The translations under genes were made by a program, and so were the position numbers. This document shows positions 1 through 8,793 of a stretch of 59,669 nucleotides of DNA, piece after piece; the stretch's first letter is position 1, and each line of letters opens with the position of its first letter. The notes under the pieces are model-generated. The model did not search any database. It worked only from the letters and a program-made list of their open reading frames with translations, and was not told the origin of the DNA. Source of the stretch: a virus (Duplodnaviria > Caudoviricetes); IMG/VR virus record IMGVR_UViG_3300027112_000002, positions 1 through 59,669 of that record, one strand, 5' to 3'.

Positions 1-99
1 CTTGGCCTTAGGGGTGGTCTCCCCATCGGCTTGTGCTTCGGCCAGTGCCAGTGCTTCGGCTTCTTGGGTGTCCACTGCTTCGGCTTCGGTCTTGCGGTT
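1..99 (+). repeat. Terminal direct repeat, copy 1 (identical to 59571-59669); most likely circular-assembly overlap
   Basis: First 99 nt equal last 99 nt; an ORF reads across the join. Confidence 0.95.
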
Positions 100-111
100 C
101 TTCTTGCTCAT
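1..111 (-). CDS. 5' part of origin-spanning early gene (MSKKNRKTEAEAVDTQ...), continuing into 59570-59217
   Basis: ATG at 111 preceded by GGAGTAAACCG; in frame with ORF 59217-59645. Confidence 0.8.
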   Translation of the reverse strand, partial: MSKKNRKTEAEAVDTQEAEALALAEAQADGETTPKAK

Positions 112-223
112 CGGTTTACTCCTTGTGTAGTCCGTGCGGGTCCACGGCGACGGGCGGTTTACGGGTTAGGCTAGGCCGGCCCAGCCAGACCACGACTACG
201 GGGGTCGTGGGCTGGTGCGGGGT

Positions 224-418
224 CTAGGCGGGGTAGTGGTTCTGGACCACTCCGGGTAGGTCGTCTGCGTCTTCTATTCCTGCCAGTGCGGTGAGGAGGG
301 AGTCGGTCTGCTCCTCACTCCATCCGTGCTCCTCACTCCACGCGAGTACCACGGCTTCCATTCCTCCCCACTCCTCGGTGTTAAGGAGGGCTTCGGTTAG
401 TGCTTCGTGATCGCTCAT
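224..418 (-). CDS. Small acidic early protein
   Basis: 64 aa, GAGG RBS, co-oriented with neighbours. Confidence 0.7.
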   Translation of the reverse strand: MSDHEALTEALLNTEEWGGMEAVVLAWSEEHGWSEEQTDSLLTALAGIEDADDLPGVVQNHYPA

Positions 419-422
419 CGCT

Positions 423-581
423 CTATTCCTCGGTCAGCCATGCCCATAAGCGGGCGATGAAGGAGGGACGGGGGGCGGGGGCCACGCGGACGGTAACCCA
501 TCCGTTGCTGGTCTTGCGTGCGGCTGTGGCCGGCTGGTACTGGCCATTCGTGCTCTTGGTGGTGTGGGCGTTCGGTGTCAT
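423..581 (-). CDS. First gene after the early promoter, 52-aa protein (MTPNAH...)
   Basis: AAGGAG RBS before ATG 581; downstream of promoter 646-674. Confidence 0.6.
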   Translation of the reverse strand: MTPNAHTTKSTNGQYQPATAARKTSNGWVTVRVAPAPRPSFIARLWAWLTEE

Positions 582-645
582 CGGCTTGCTCCTTGGTGCT
601 CCAGCCGGCCCGCTGGTGGGTGGGAGTGCGCTCTCCCATACCCCC

Positions 646-674
646 ATTGTACCATGCCGGGAGTCCCGTGTCAA
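646..674 (-). promoter_or_regulatory. Near-consensus sigma70-type early promoter
   Basis: TTGACA-17 bp-TACAAT with extended -10 TG. Confidence 0.85.
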
Positions 675-706
675 GGGTTCTTGGCCTTACAGCTACCTTA
701 CAGGCC

Positions 707-797
707 AGAACAGGCGTTCTATGGTCGAATAGGGGGTATGGGGGGAGGGGGATAGGGGGAGGAATAGAACAGGCGTTCATAGAACGAGCGTTCTATG
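707..797. promoter_or_regulatory. Three LexA/SOS-type boxes GAAC-N4-GTTC (708-719, 767-778, 782-793)
   Basis: GAACAGGCGTTC twice and GAACGAGCGTTC; matches the Gram-positive/Chloroflexota LexA box. Confidence 0.75.
732..759 (+). other. G-tract with G-quadruplex potential
   Basis: G5-TAT-G6-A-G5-ATA-G5. Confidence 0.55.
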
Positions 798-880
798 GTC
801 CTCGCACTGGGGTCCCTTCTTGCACTGCTCAAGGTAGGATATCAGAAAACTTTCCCCCTATTTGCCGATGATCTATTCCG

Positions 881-1150
881 TTAAACTTTTGACAAAGGAT
901 AAAATTTTCCATCTATATTGTATCCACACACTATACAATCATTTCTCCCTTTATTGTGGGTGTTACAGTGGCTGCATGCCCAGAAATCCTTATCAGAAGT
1001 CACGTCTTTTGCTTCCTCAAATTTGGGGTTGACCAATACTATATCAAAGCAATACCAGCTAATTTGAAGTTTGCCTTTCTCCTCTAATATCTGGGCCCAG
1101 TGTCTTAGAGAGGAAGGAAACTCATTTAAAACTATCCTGGTGTGCTTCAC
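881..1150 (-). CDS. Hypothetical protein with RanBP2-like zinc finger
   Basis: WACSHC...N...CIVC. Confidence 0.65.
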   Translation of the reverse strand: MKHTRIVLNEFPSSLRHWAQILEEKGKLQISWYCFDIVLVNPKFEEAKDVTSDKDFWACSHCNTHNKGRNDCIVCGYNIDGKFYPLSKV

Positions 1151-1464
1151 GTTGCCTTCCTTTCGCTATAGCATTCTTTCAGCCTATCCAGATTATAGTA
1201 TCTGGCGTCATAAATGCCGTTTTGAGAAGGATTGTCCCCCGAAAGCCTACATGCGGGACAGAGGCGCTGGGGCATCACGTGGCCCGCAAAAGCCACAAAA
1301 ACGGGGCGGCAGCAGTGTCCACAATACATGCCGAAATCATCCCCACATCCATCACATTTGAACCTGCCCTTATACCTACGGCAAGTAGCACATTCTCCTT
1401 CCCTGGGGATAATGGGTGGCTCCACAGGTGGGTCGTCTGACCAAATCTTCCCAGATGTATTCAT
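1147..1464 (-). CDS. Cys-rich zinc-finger protein
   Basis: Several CxxC pairs; start/stop overlaps with neighbours. Confidence 0.65.
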   Translation of the reverse strand: MNTSGKIWSDDPPVEPPIIPREGECATCRRYKGRFKCDGCGDDFGMYCGHCCRPVFVAFAGHVMPQRLCPACRLSGDNPSQNGIYDARYYNLDRLKECYSERKAT

Positions 1465-1811
1465 ACTGGCCCTCCTCCAGGCACTTCTGGCTTGTCCATC
1501 CAGGCAACAATATCATGTCGCTCAAAACCCATCTGACTTACCCAATATTTCTTTTCGGGGTCATAATACATCATATCTACTATCCCCCCTTCACAACACA
1601 CCAGCTTCCCAACCCGATTCTCGGGCAGCCCATCTTGTATTGGTATCCATCTGGATTTGCTGTTTTGTATCTCGCAAAACATGGCGAAAATTAAATTGTC
1701 CCCAGTTAAATCCATCCATTCCTCCCCATAGCGCAAGGCACGCATGGTACCTGCATCCCTATCATAGATCAAGGTATATTTTCCTTCACCAACATTTATG
1801 ACTTCATCCAT
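1461..1811 (-). CDS. DUF551-like protein
   Basis: WIPIQDGLPE...IVAWMDKPEVP pattern; GGAG RBS. Confidence 0.7.
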   Translation of the reverse strand: MDEVINVGEGKYTLIYDRDAGTMRALRYGEEWMDLTGDNLIFAMFCEIQNSKSRWIPIQDGLPENRVGKLVCCEGGIVDMMYYDPEKKYWVSQMGFERHDIVAWMDKPEVPGGGPV

Positions 1812-2034
1812 CCCATACTCCTTTCTTGAATATGACTCTTTTTCCGCATCGGGGGCAACGGCCCCAGGGGCTGGCTTCATCCATATGAATTACATGGGGG
1901 CGTCTATGAGAGTGCAGACGGCACCCGAAAAATCCATCGATTATGGCCCATATCCATAGTAATATGATCAACATGGTCAATACCATGAATATGGCGAAGG
2001 TTAACACAGGAAAATTGACTGTTAAACTATTCAT
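1804..2034 (-). CDS. Small membrane protein with C-terminal CxxC
   Basis: Hydrophobic stretch followed by CPRCG. Confidence 0.55.
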   Translation of the reverse strand: MNSLTVNFPVLTFAIFMVLTMLIILLWIWAIIDGFFGCRLHSHRRPHVIHMDEASPWGRCPRCGKRVIFKKGVWDG

Positions 2035-2228
2035 GAGCTCTCTGGTAAATATTTGGAGGTTATTACACAGTTCTCTGGTGTTTCCCCTAATTCTTTGGGC
2101 ACCCATTCGCCTTCATTATTTAAATACCATGCTCCCACCATAGTATTGGTGTCTGTATTCATTGTTATTTTTATGACGTGAAAATCTTTCTCACCCTCCC
2201 GGTGTACGGAAATTTTGGTAGATATCAT
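2031..2228 (-). CDS. Hypothetical protein
   Basis: Tiled with overlapping stop/start. Confidence 0.6.
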   Translation of the reverse strand: MISTKISVHREGEKDFHVIKITMNTDTNTMVGAWYLNNEGEWVPKELGETPENCVITSKYLPESS

Positions 2229-2479
2229 ATCCTTCTCTTGCCTCCTTCTTCGGCATAATAACTTCTGGCTTCCTTCAATATGGCGGACAATATATCATAC
2301 TGGGCCTGTCGCAACTCCACCATACTCTTGTGAATGGTACAGTATATACTATCCTCCCACCATTCAAATCTAAATATTATTACATCCCCATGGCACATCA
2401 TGGATGCCTGATCACAATCTATATATAACTCCTGCATCTGGAGGAGGAAATTGGCTACCAATAAAACATCATCATTCAT
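2225..2479 (-). CDS. Hypothetical protein
   Basis: Tiled leftward ORF. Confidence 0.6.
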   Translation of the reverse strand: MNDDVLLVANFLLQMQELYIDCDQASMMCHGDVIIFRFEWWEDSIYCTIHKSMVELRQAQYDILSAILKEARSYYAEEGGKRRI

Positions 2480-2522
2480 AATATCTGACCAAATGGGAGG
2501 CAGCGAGGCATGACATAGGGGC

Positions 2523-2858
2523 TTATTTGTCTATTATATCGACTATCTCTAATTCATCCTTCTTATTTCTTCGAAGGAGAACGGGAGTGCGGGAAACCAT
2601 TACTCTGAGCATTCCCTTGAGTACCAAACGCTCATTCCCTGCCATGGTGGTTACCCATATATAATTGGGATTTATCGAAGTCATCCTGCCGTCCTTCTTT
2701 CCCACTATAGCCCTGATGCCGGAATTTCTATTATTGCTAGGTACGGATAGGTCGTCAGGGATGATGGTAGACACTACTATTCTATCTCCATCCTTGCTAT
2801 ATTGGACTATTTCTACAATAACCGCCCGATCATCAATTTCTATGGTATATTTGCGCAT
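2523..2858 (-). CDS. Hypothetical protein
   Basis: AAGGAG RBS before MRKYTIEID. Confidence 0.6.
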   Translation of the reverse strand: MRKYTIEIDDRAVIVEIVQYSKDGDRIVVSTIIPDDLSVPSNNRNSGIRAIVGKKDGRMTSINPNYIWVTTMAGNERLVLKGMLRVMVSRTPVLLRRNKKDELEIVDIIDK

Positions 2859-3138
2859 CGTCTGCTCCTTTAAGTCTTTCCTTAATTTCGACAATTAGCA
2901 TCATTCCCTTTTCAGTCAGATGGTAGAAGGCCCTTTTACTTCCCCTTCCACCACTCCATTCCTTCCTTTCGCTGCCTACGTACCCGCTGTCCTTTAGGCG
3001 TTGCATATAGGGAGAGGAATCGTGAACCTGGAGAAAATCACTCATCTCCCTGTGAGTTTTGTCCGACTGGTATAGAATCATCAATATTTCCAGTTCGGTT
3101 ATGCTGACTTTCTTGCGCAATATAAGTTTATTGGACAT
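2833..3138 (-). CDS. Winged-helix (PadR-like) DNA-binding protein
   Basis: LKDSGYV...RAFYHLTEKG wing signature. Confidence 0.75.
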   Translation of the reverse strand: MSNKLILRKKVSITELEILMILYQSDKTHREMSDFLQVHDSSPYMQRLKDSGYVGSERKEWSGGRGSKRAFYHLTEKGMMLIVEIKERLKGADDAQIYHRN

Positions 3139-3523
3139 GGGACACCAAACAACGGCAATCCGGACAAAAATCGTTGCCCTCGGTGGAGAATTTGTCAGGA
3201 TGATTACATTCGGGAGCAGGCTCTTCCTTTTTGGTTATGTAAGGTGTGATAATATTGATTATGGCCTGGGTCAGCATGATCTGGCCAGCGGGAGTATTAA
3301 TTTCAATGTGCTCCTCCCTTACCAAATCCAGTATCTTGGAACGTAATTCGACCATAATGTTACCAGTAGGAGCAGGTAACCCTATGGCCCCCATCACCTG
3401 GGACCTGATCATCAGAAAAACACGGCCATCGGGTGTCACCAGCTTTATCCCGTCCTTAGATGTTTGACCAATTTCGAACCATTGGCGTTTGCGGTCCTTA
3501 TCGAGCGCTTGACATCTTGTCAT
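3128..3523 (-). CDS. Hypothetical protein with C-terminal Cys motif
   Basis: CNH...CPDC. Confidence 0.55.
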   Translation of the reverse strand: MTRCQALDKDRKRQWFEIGQTSKDGIKLVTPDGRVFLMIRSQVMGAIGLPAPTGNIMVELRSKILDLVREEHIEINTPAGQIMLTQAIINIITPYITKKEEPAPECNHPDKFSTEGNDFCPDCRCLVSHVQ

Positions 3524-3689
3524 TTTTCCTCTTTTCTCTAATCTCAATCAGGTTACGTTTGACGTCCTTACACTTTTTGATGACTTCTGAATTCCCCAGG
3601 GCTGCGAATAGCTCTATTTCCTCAATCGACCGTTTAGTGTTGCGAGCTACCTCACGCAATACTTCGTGGGTAAATCCACTGGTATTCAT
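3498..3689 (-). CDS. Hypothetical protein
   Basis: Start overlaps upstream stop (ATGA). Confidence 0.5.
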   Translation of the reverse strand: MNTSGFTHEVLREVARNTKRSIEEIELFAALGNSEVIKKCKDVKRNLIEIREKRKNDKMSSAR

Positions 3690-3913
3690 CTGTTTATGCG
3701 GTTCTCTATATCTTGAACACTGATGTTGTCTTCCATGACGCTGCCCCTGCAACCCACACCGGAAATGCCCACATCCCCCATATGGCAATCGTAGCACTTG
3801 TCGGGGCTGTTTTTCTGCATCCAAGTCCAGGTGCTTTTGGAAACGGGAAACTTGCAAGTTGGGCACACTCTGCCCTCCTCTCGGGCCTTCTTCATCCAGT
3901 TATTATAACTCAT
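3686..3913 (-). CDS. Zinc-finger protein
   Basis: CPTC...CYDC. Confidence 0.55.
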   Translation of the reverse strand: MSYNNWMKKAREEGRVCPTCKFPVSKSTWTWMQKNSPDKCYDCHMGDVGISGVGCRGSVMEDNISVQDIENRINR

Positions 3914-4077
3914 GGCCACACCTATCACAAAAAATCTTTTTATTGGCAGGGGCGTAAACCTCCCAAACAATTCTGCAGTTGTGGCAGTGCAAGGTGCGCA
4001 TTTGGGCTGCAGGGCCGGAAAATATGATCATGTATACAAGTATAAGCCATAAAACGGTTATAATCATAGCATTGCCT

Positions 4078-4869
4078 CTAGTATAGGTAGTTTTGAGAAA
4101 GACTGTTCAAAAATTCCTGCACTCCGGGCCCATAAACATTTGGCTTACCGTTGATATCCTGGCAAATGAACATCTGGCCACGCAGCACAAACTCCATTAG
4201 ATAGGAGACCAGTCCTTCCTCCGGAACAATCACGGTACCAATCGTGGGGAATGTTCCGCCACCCCTGACCATTATATTTGATATCGCTGAGGCAGGGAGC
4301 TCTATAGTTTCCGAATTTGGTCCATCCAGTAATGATGCTTCTACTGCCATCTCCCAGGTTACAAATGGCATGGGTAGTGGGGCTGGGCAAATTTCCGCGG
4401 ACCCGGACGGTACTATTTGTGGAGTAGCAACTGCATCCCAAAGATCATCAATGTCGGGAGCGGCCTGTAATGGATACGCTTCGGAAGTTAAGATATCGGG
4501 GACCGGCGTGCCAATCCATGCCGTCCATTCCGGGGTGAAGGTGGGTTCATAAGTATTGGTGGCAGTGGCACTGATAAATTCGAATGGTTCAGTCTCAGTT
4601 ACTTCAACGATATTGACGGGAAGGGAAGTGTCGGCAGCAACCACCATGATGGGTTGATCGATCACTGGGGCTGGTGTGTCAACAAGTATCACTACTTCCG
4701 CCACTTGCCCCTCAGGGTGCCCCGTTGTCTCTGTGTAAGTCGGCTGGGGGGTTTCTGTGGGGACAACAAGGGTAGGCATAAACACCCGTTGCTCTACCGG
4801 TGCCGGCTTGGGAAATAAACCAAATATCATTGTCATTATTAACGGTACCAGTACATAAAAATTTTTCAT
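4078..4869 (-). CDS. Membrane-anchored/secreted Pro/Thr-rich acidic protein
   Basis: N-terminal hydrophobic helix, PTETPQPT/ATATNTYEPTFTP linkers, AAGGAGATG RBS. Confidence 0.75.
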   Translation of the reverse strand: MKNFYVLVPLIMTMIFGLFPKPAPVEQRVFMPTLVVPTETPQPTYTETTGHPEGQVAEVVILVDTPAPVIDQPIMVVAADTSLPVNIVEVTETEPFEFISATATNTYEPTFTPEWTAWIGTPVPDILTSEAYPLQAAPDIDDLWDAVATPQIVPSGSAEICPAPLPMPFVTWEMAVEASLLDGPNSETIELPASAISNIMVRGGGTFPTIGTVIVPEEGLVSYLMEFVLRGQMFICQDINGKPNVYGPGVQEFLNSLSQNYLY

Positions 4870-4883
4870 CTCATCTCCTTTTC

Positions 4884-5207
4884 TTAATCGTATATGCTGG
4901 ATTCCTGCTCTAACCGCAGGTTTTTGTTCCTCTCCCTGGCCGTATTGGCCATTTCCAAGGCTATCTGGGTGCTGCAGGCTTTGCAATAACCGACGAATTT
5001 GGTATCCACAAGGAATGGGGACAGAGTTTTTTCCTTGTCACAACGCAAACATTTGCCCTTTTGTATGTCCTTGATGGTTTGCCAATCGTCATGAGTGAGC
5101 ACCACTCCAACGTGCGAGTGGCGCTTGTTTATGCGACGGAGGGCTATCTCCTCGCGGTGTTTCCGGTAATATTGTTTGTTATATTCGCTTACGTGGTTTT
5201 CATCCAT
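4884..5207 (-). CDS. Degenerate HNH-like zinc-finger protein
   Basis: YNKQYYRKH...DWQTIKDIQKGKCLRC...YCKAC; catalytic DH not evident. Confidence 0.55.
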   Translation of the reverse strand: MDENHVSEYNKQYYRKHREEIALRRINKRHSHVGVVLTHDDWQTIKDIQKGKCLRCDKEKTLSPFLVDTKFVGYCKACSTQIALEMANTARERNKNLRLEQESSIYD

Positions 5208-5238
5208 TATCCGCGGCCTCCGATACCGCCATACGACA

Positions 5239-5267
5239 ATTATACCATGACACGGGACGGGTTGCAA
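5239..5267 (-). promoter_or_regulatory. Sigma70-type promoter
   Basis: TTGCAA-17 bp-TATAAT, extended -10. Confidence 0.7.
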
Positions 5268-5273
5268 GGTACT

Positions 5274-5648
5274 TTATCGCGTGTGTGCACATATGCCGGT
5301 TGGGGAAATGGCTATCGATTGATTACAGTTGGCGCATAAAAGTCGTACTTTGTGTTCAATGGTTCCTTTAATGATTTGATAATATAACTTTGATGTGGAA
5401 TACTTTTTTTCCCTCCTGTGCTTGCCGCCTCCTCCATCTATATGATCAATCTGTAGAAATTCCGGATTTTTCTCTCCACAACATGTACATACCCCACCCA
5501 GTGCCTCTATGGCAGCCATTTTACGATTAAAATTGCGCATTCTGGCTTTAGATAGGTGTTTTTGGCAATACTTGTGGTCAGGGGCCGATGGTGAATTGCA
5601 ACGGGTGCAAATTCCTTCCTGCTGGTGCTTTCCTCTTAATAGTGGCAT
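5274..5648 (-). CDS. HNH endonuclease
   Basis: CTCCGE...LQIDHIDGGG...LLCANCN; next to terminase genes. Confidence 0.85.
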   Translation of the reverse strand: MPLLRGKHQQEGICTRCNSPSAPDHKYCQKHLSKARMRNFNRKMAAIEALGGVCTCCGEKNPEFLQIDHIDGGGGKHRREKKYSTSKLYYQIIKGTIEHKVRLLCANCNQSIAISPTGICAHTR

Positions 5649-5849
5649 AATTATCTCCTTGTGTATTATTGTATCACGACGGGGCGCGTACCACAAGGTA
5701 CCTGTCTCATCGCTACGGCTAGGTATGTCTCGTCTTGAGACAATATGTATATATACAAGATAAAGAAAAAAAAAATAAAAAATCGGATACTATAATGAAT
5801 AAGATCAAGGGCCAACGGGGCACACCCTATTAAATCCATTGTCAGGGGA

Positions 5850-5878
5850 TTGTGTCCTGGCATTGGATGTGATATAAT
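5850..5878 (+). promoter_or_regulatory. Promoter for the packaging/late arm
   Basis: TTGTGT-17 bp-TATAAT with TG; hairpin-rich leader at about 5925-5957. Confidence 0.6.
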
Positions 5879-5974
5879 GTGGGGGTGGGAGTCATCGCCC
5901 ATATCTCATCTCCATAGGTTTGCTGCGGGAGGCTGCTGGTACCAGTCTCCCGTAGGAGCCCCTTCCGGGAAACA

Positions 5975-6565
5975 ATGACTAAAACTGGACAACCAAGATC
6001 AGAATCACAAAAGGAACGGGATTTACGGCGTGAAGCCGATATGTATTTCCGTGGCAAATCCCAGCAGGAGATTTGTGCGGAATTAGAATTAAGCCCTGCC
6101 ACGGTGTCTAGAGATTTGAAATCCTTGCAGCAAGAATGGAGGGAGTCAAGACTCTACGACATGAACGCTGCCAAGAATAAGGAACTGGCGCGTATAGACG
6201 CTTTAGAACGGACATATTGGGAGGGATGGGAGAAATCTTTGCAGATGGCCCATTCCACATCCGAGGGAATCTCAGGGCCGGGTTCCACGGTTACACTAAA
6301 TTCAGAACGGGAACAATTTGGTGACCCCCGTTTCCTGAATGGAGTTATGTCATGTATCGAAAAGCGTTGCGCAATCCTGGGATTGAATGCCCCTAAAGAG
6401 GTAGTCCCGGGCGGCCCTGGGCAGTTGACATGGGCCCAATTTATCGGAGCTAATATTACCATAAACAACAATAATTCTTCCCCGCAAGAACTGTTTGCGG
6501 GCGCACAACAGAACAATTCTGTGATAGATGTGGTGCCCACGAATGTCGATCAGCCCCAGCCCTAG
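5975..6565 (+). CDS. terS: Terminase small subunit
   Basis: N-terminal HTH (SQQEICAELELSPATVSRDL), ILGLNAP tail, directly before terL. Confidence 0.8.
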   Translation: MTKTGQPRSESQKERDLRREADMYFRGKSQQEICAELELSPATVSRDLKSLQQEWRESRLYDMNAAKNKELARIDALERTYWEGWEKSLQMAHSTSEGISGPGSTVTLNSEREQFGDPRFLNGVMSCIEKRCAILGLNAPKEVVPGGPGQLTWAQFIGANITINNNNSSPQELFAGAQQNNSVIDVVPTNVDQPQP

Positions 6566-8093
6566 CCAAATATCGCAAGACCCCGAATTATTCGCATCCG
6601 TATTCCTTAAAATAACAGACAAGGAAAGACGGCTTGTTCCGTTTTACTGGAACCGCGCCCAAAAACACTTCCATGCTAATCGTACTGGAAGGGACTTAAT
6701 ACTTAAATCCAGGCAATTGGGCTTTTCTACACAAATACAGGGGGAAATGTACAGGCGTACTGTTACCTCCTCCAGATCAACCATCACGTTGGCACACGAT
6801 GCAGACACTACCACCAAACTTAGGCTTATGGCCGACACGTTTTGGATGAATGGCAAATTCAATGGTATTCAACCTCTTCGCAAATATGCCAATGCATCTC
6901 TTACCACCTATCCCGAATTAAACTCCATAGCTACCATCGCCACTGCGGGTACAGTGGAAACTGGTCGTGGTGGTACGTACACAGATTTCCATGGGTCGGA
7001 AGTGGCCTTCTGGCCGGATGCGAGAAAACTTGTGGCCGGCGCTATGCAGGGCGGTAGTCCTGATGTAGTACTGGAATCCACCCCCAACGGAGCCCAGGGC
7101 CATTTTTATGATCTTTGCATGGAGGCGCTGCATGGAGTAGGCGTATGGCGTCTCCATTTTTATGCTTGGTGGTGGGACGTTGGATATCAAATCCCGCTGG
7201 ACCCCGAGGAAAAACTGGAGTATGATGATGATGAGATAAGACTGGTCCAGGCCAATAATCTTACTCCACAGCAGATTAAGTGGCGTCGCAATAAAATAAA
7301 CGAATTAAAAGACCTTTTTCCACAAGAATATCCGGAAGACCCCGTTACCTGCTTTCTCACCAGCGGTAAAGGATATTTTGGTGATCTAAGCAAATCCTTT
7401 AATGCACCAATGAACGCAGCATATACTCCTGGCCACAAATATGCTGCGGGATTGGACTTCGGACAGGCCAATGACTTCACAGCCATGCCCGTATTGGATT
7501 TTACCGACAAGGTTCAGGTTGACCTTCTCCATTTAAGAGGGATGGAGTGGGCAGAAATACGAAGGCGCATCAAACAGAAAAATGATAAATGGCACCTGGA
7601 TGTAATACTGGGGGAGAAAAACTCCATAGGAAATATTAATATCGAAATGTTGCGCAAAATGAATGTCAATGTTCGCCCCTTCGAAATGACCAATACGGAG
7701 AAGGCGGGCATAATGTCAGATTGGAATGAGGCCCTCCATGAGGGAGGCTGGCAAATGCAGAATTATCTAGTACAAAAGAATGAATACAACATATTCGTAG
7801 CCACTCAATTGCCCGTTTCCGGGGCCTGGAGATTGGCTGCATCTGGTGATGGCCATGACGATACTGTCATTGGAGGGGCCCTGGCCTTCCGTGCCGGCAG
7901 ATATGCCGTAACGGACGAAGAAATGGAGGCCTACGGCAAGGGAGAAATGAACGAGGAAGATATTGACGATGATATGATTGAATATCATGCGGAAATAACT
8001 GGAATGACCTTTGAAGAATCTAAAGCTGATCTAATAAAGGAAGCTAAAATATCTAAAGCTATGGCCTCTGCCATAGATGGAAAAAGGAGATAA
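6543..8093 (+). CDS. terL: Terminase large subunit
   Basis: Walker A ILKSRQLGFST, HGSEVAFW, ESTPNG, nuclease GLDFGQAND and GHDDTV. Confidence 0.95.
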   Translation: MSISPSPSQISQDPELFASVFLKITDKERRLVPFYWNRAQKHFHANRTGRDLILKSRQLGFSTQIQGEMYRRTVTSSRSTITLAHDADTTTKLRLMADTFWMNGKFNGIQPLRKYANASLTTYPELNSIATIATAGTVETGRGGTYTDFHGSEVAFWPDARKLVAGAMQGGSPDVVLESTPNGAQGHFYDLCMEALHGVGVWRLHFYAWWWDVGYQIPLDPEEKLEYDDDEIRLVQANNLTPQQIKWRRNKINELKDLFPQEYPEDPVTCFLTSGKGYFGDLSKSFNAPMNAAYTPGHKYAAGLDFGQANDFTAMPVLDFTDKVQVDLLHLRGMEWAEIRRRIKQKNDKWHLDVILGEKNSIGNINIEMLRKMNVNVRPFEMTNTEKAGIMSDWNEALHEGGWQMQNYLVQKNEYNIFVATQLPVSGAWRLAASGDGHDDTVIGGALAFRAGRYAVTDEEMEAYGKGEMNEEDIDDDMIEYHAEITGMTFEESKADLIKEAKISKAMASAIDGKRR

Positions 8094-8095
8094 AT

Positions 8096-8311
8096 ATGGA
8101 CTATCTTGGAAAGTGCCCCCTCTGCAGCGGTCAATTGATAGACGAGGGAGAGTTTTTGTCCTGCACCCCCGTTGGAGAGGACAAGCACTATTTAGTAAAC
8201 AAGGTGTATTTTGAAGAGACCTGGGCCAGATTTGAGGGCGGCCACATCACCGCGTCTGGATTAATGAAAAGATTGGAGGATAACAATGTCGTCTATTCCA
8301 AATCAACCTGA
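8096..8311 (+). CDS. Small zinc-ribbon protein
   Basis: CPLC...C; AGGAG RBS. Confidence 0.65.
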   Translation: MDYLGKCPLCSGQLIDEGEFLSCTPVGEDKHYLVNKVYFEETWARFEGGHITASGLMKRLEDNNVVYSKST

Positions 8312-8540
8312 AATAGAGCAAGTGGGAGCACGGGAGAAGTCCTATAGTGAGATGACTGACGAGGATAAGCGGGCTCTGGGGTTCATGCTGGATTGGAAAG
8401 GGAAACCGCTTAATGAGTGTAGTGATCTGGAACTTATAGACTGCATAATATTCATGACCGCCCAAACCGTTATGCTCAATCAGAAACTTAGGGACCAGGC
8501 TAAGGTGAGTGCCAAGTCTAAAATAGCGAGGTTGCCATAA
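8286..8540 (+). CDS. Hypothetical protein
   Basis: GGAGG RBS, tiled. Confidence 0.65.
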   Translation: MSSIPNQPEIEQVGAREKSYSEMTDEDKRALGFMLDWKGKPLNECSDLELIDCIIFMTAQTVMLNQKLRDQAKVSAKSKIARLP

Positions 8541-8776
8541 TGTGGCCATTCAAACCCACTCAACAGCCCGACGCATTTGAAGAGCACCATATAGTAATGC
8601 CGGGACTTGAAATATCATTCAACCACGCCACCCGCACTGTGTTTGTGATCGATCAGACGGGCTCGGTTGATACGGTAGCACTATCCGAATTGGAAGATTG
8701 GTATAAGTCAAAGGGGTGGTTCATGCATGCTGTGATGGTTGAACCCCCCAAAACCGAAACAGATAAAAGGCAGTAG
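8540..8776 (+). CDS. Hypothetical protein
   Basis: TAATG coupling with upstream gene. Confidence 0.6.
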   Translation: MWPFKPTQQPDAFEEHHIVMPGLEISFNHATRTVFVIDQTGSVDTVALSELEDWYKSKGWFMHAVMVEPPKTETDKRQ

Positions 8777-8793
8777 GCGAGAAGAGAAAAGTA

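Noticed and set aside
400-871. Plus-strand ORFs 400-732 and 518-871 and long minus ORF 415-780
   Set aside because: They overlap the promoter, LexA boxes and G-tract, lack an RBS, and are shadows of GC-rich DNA
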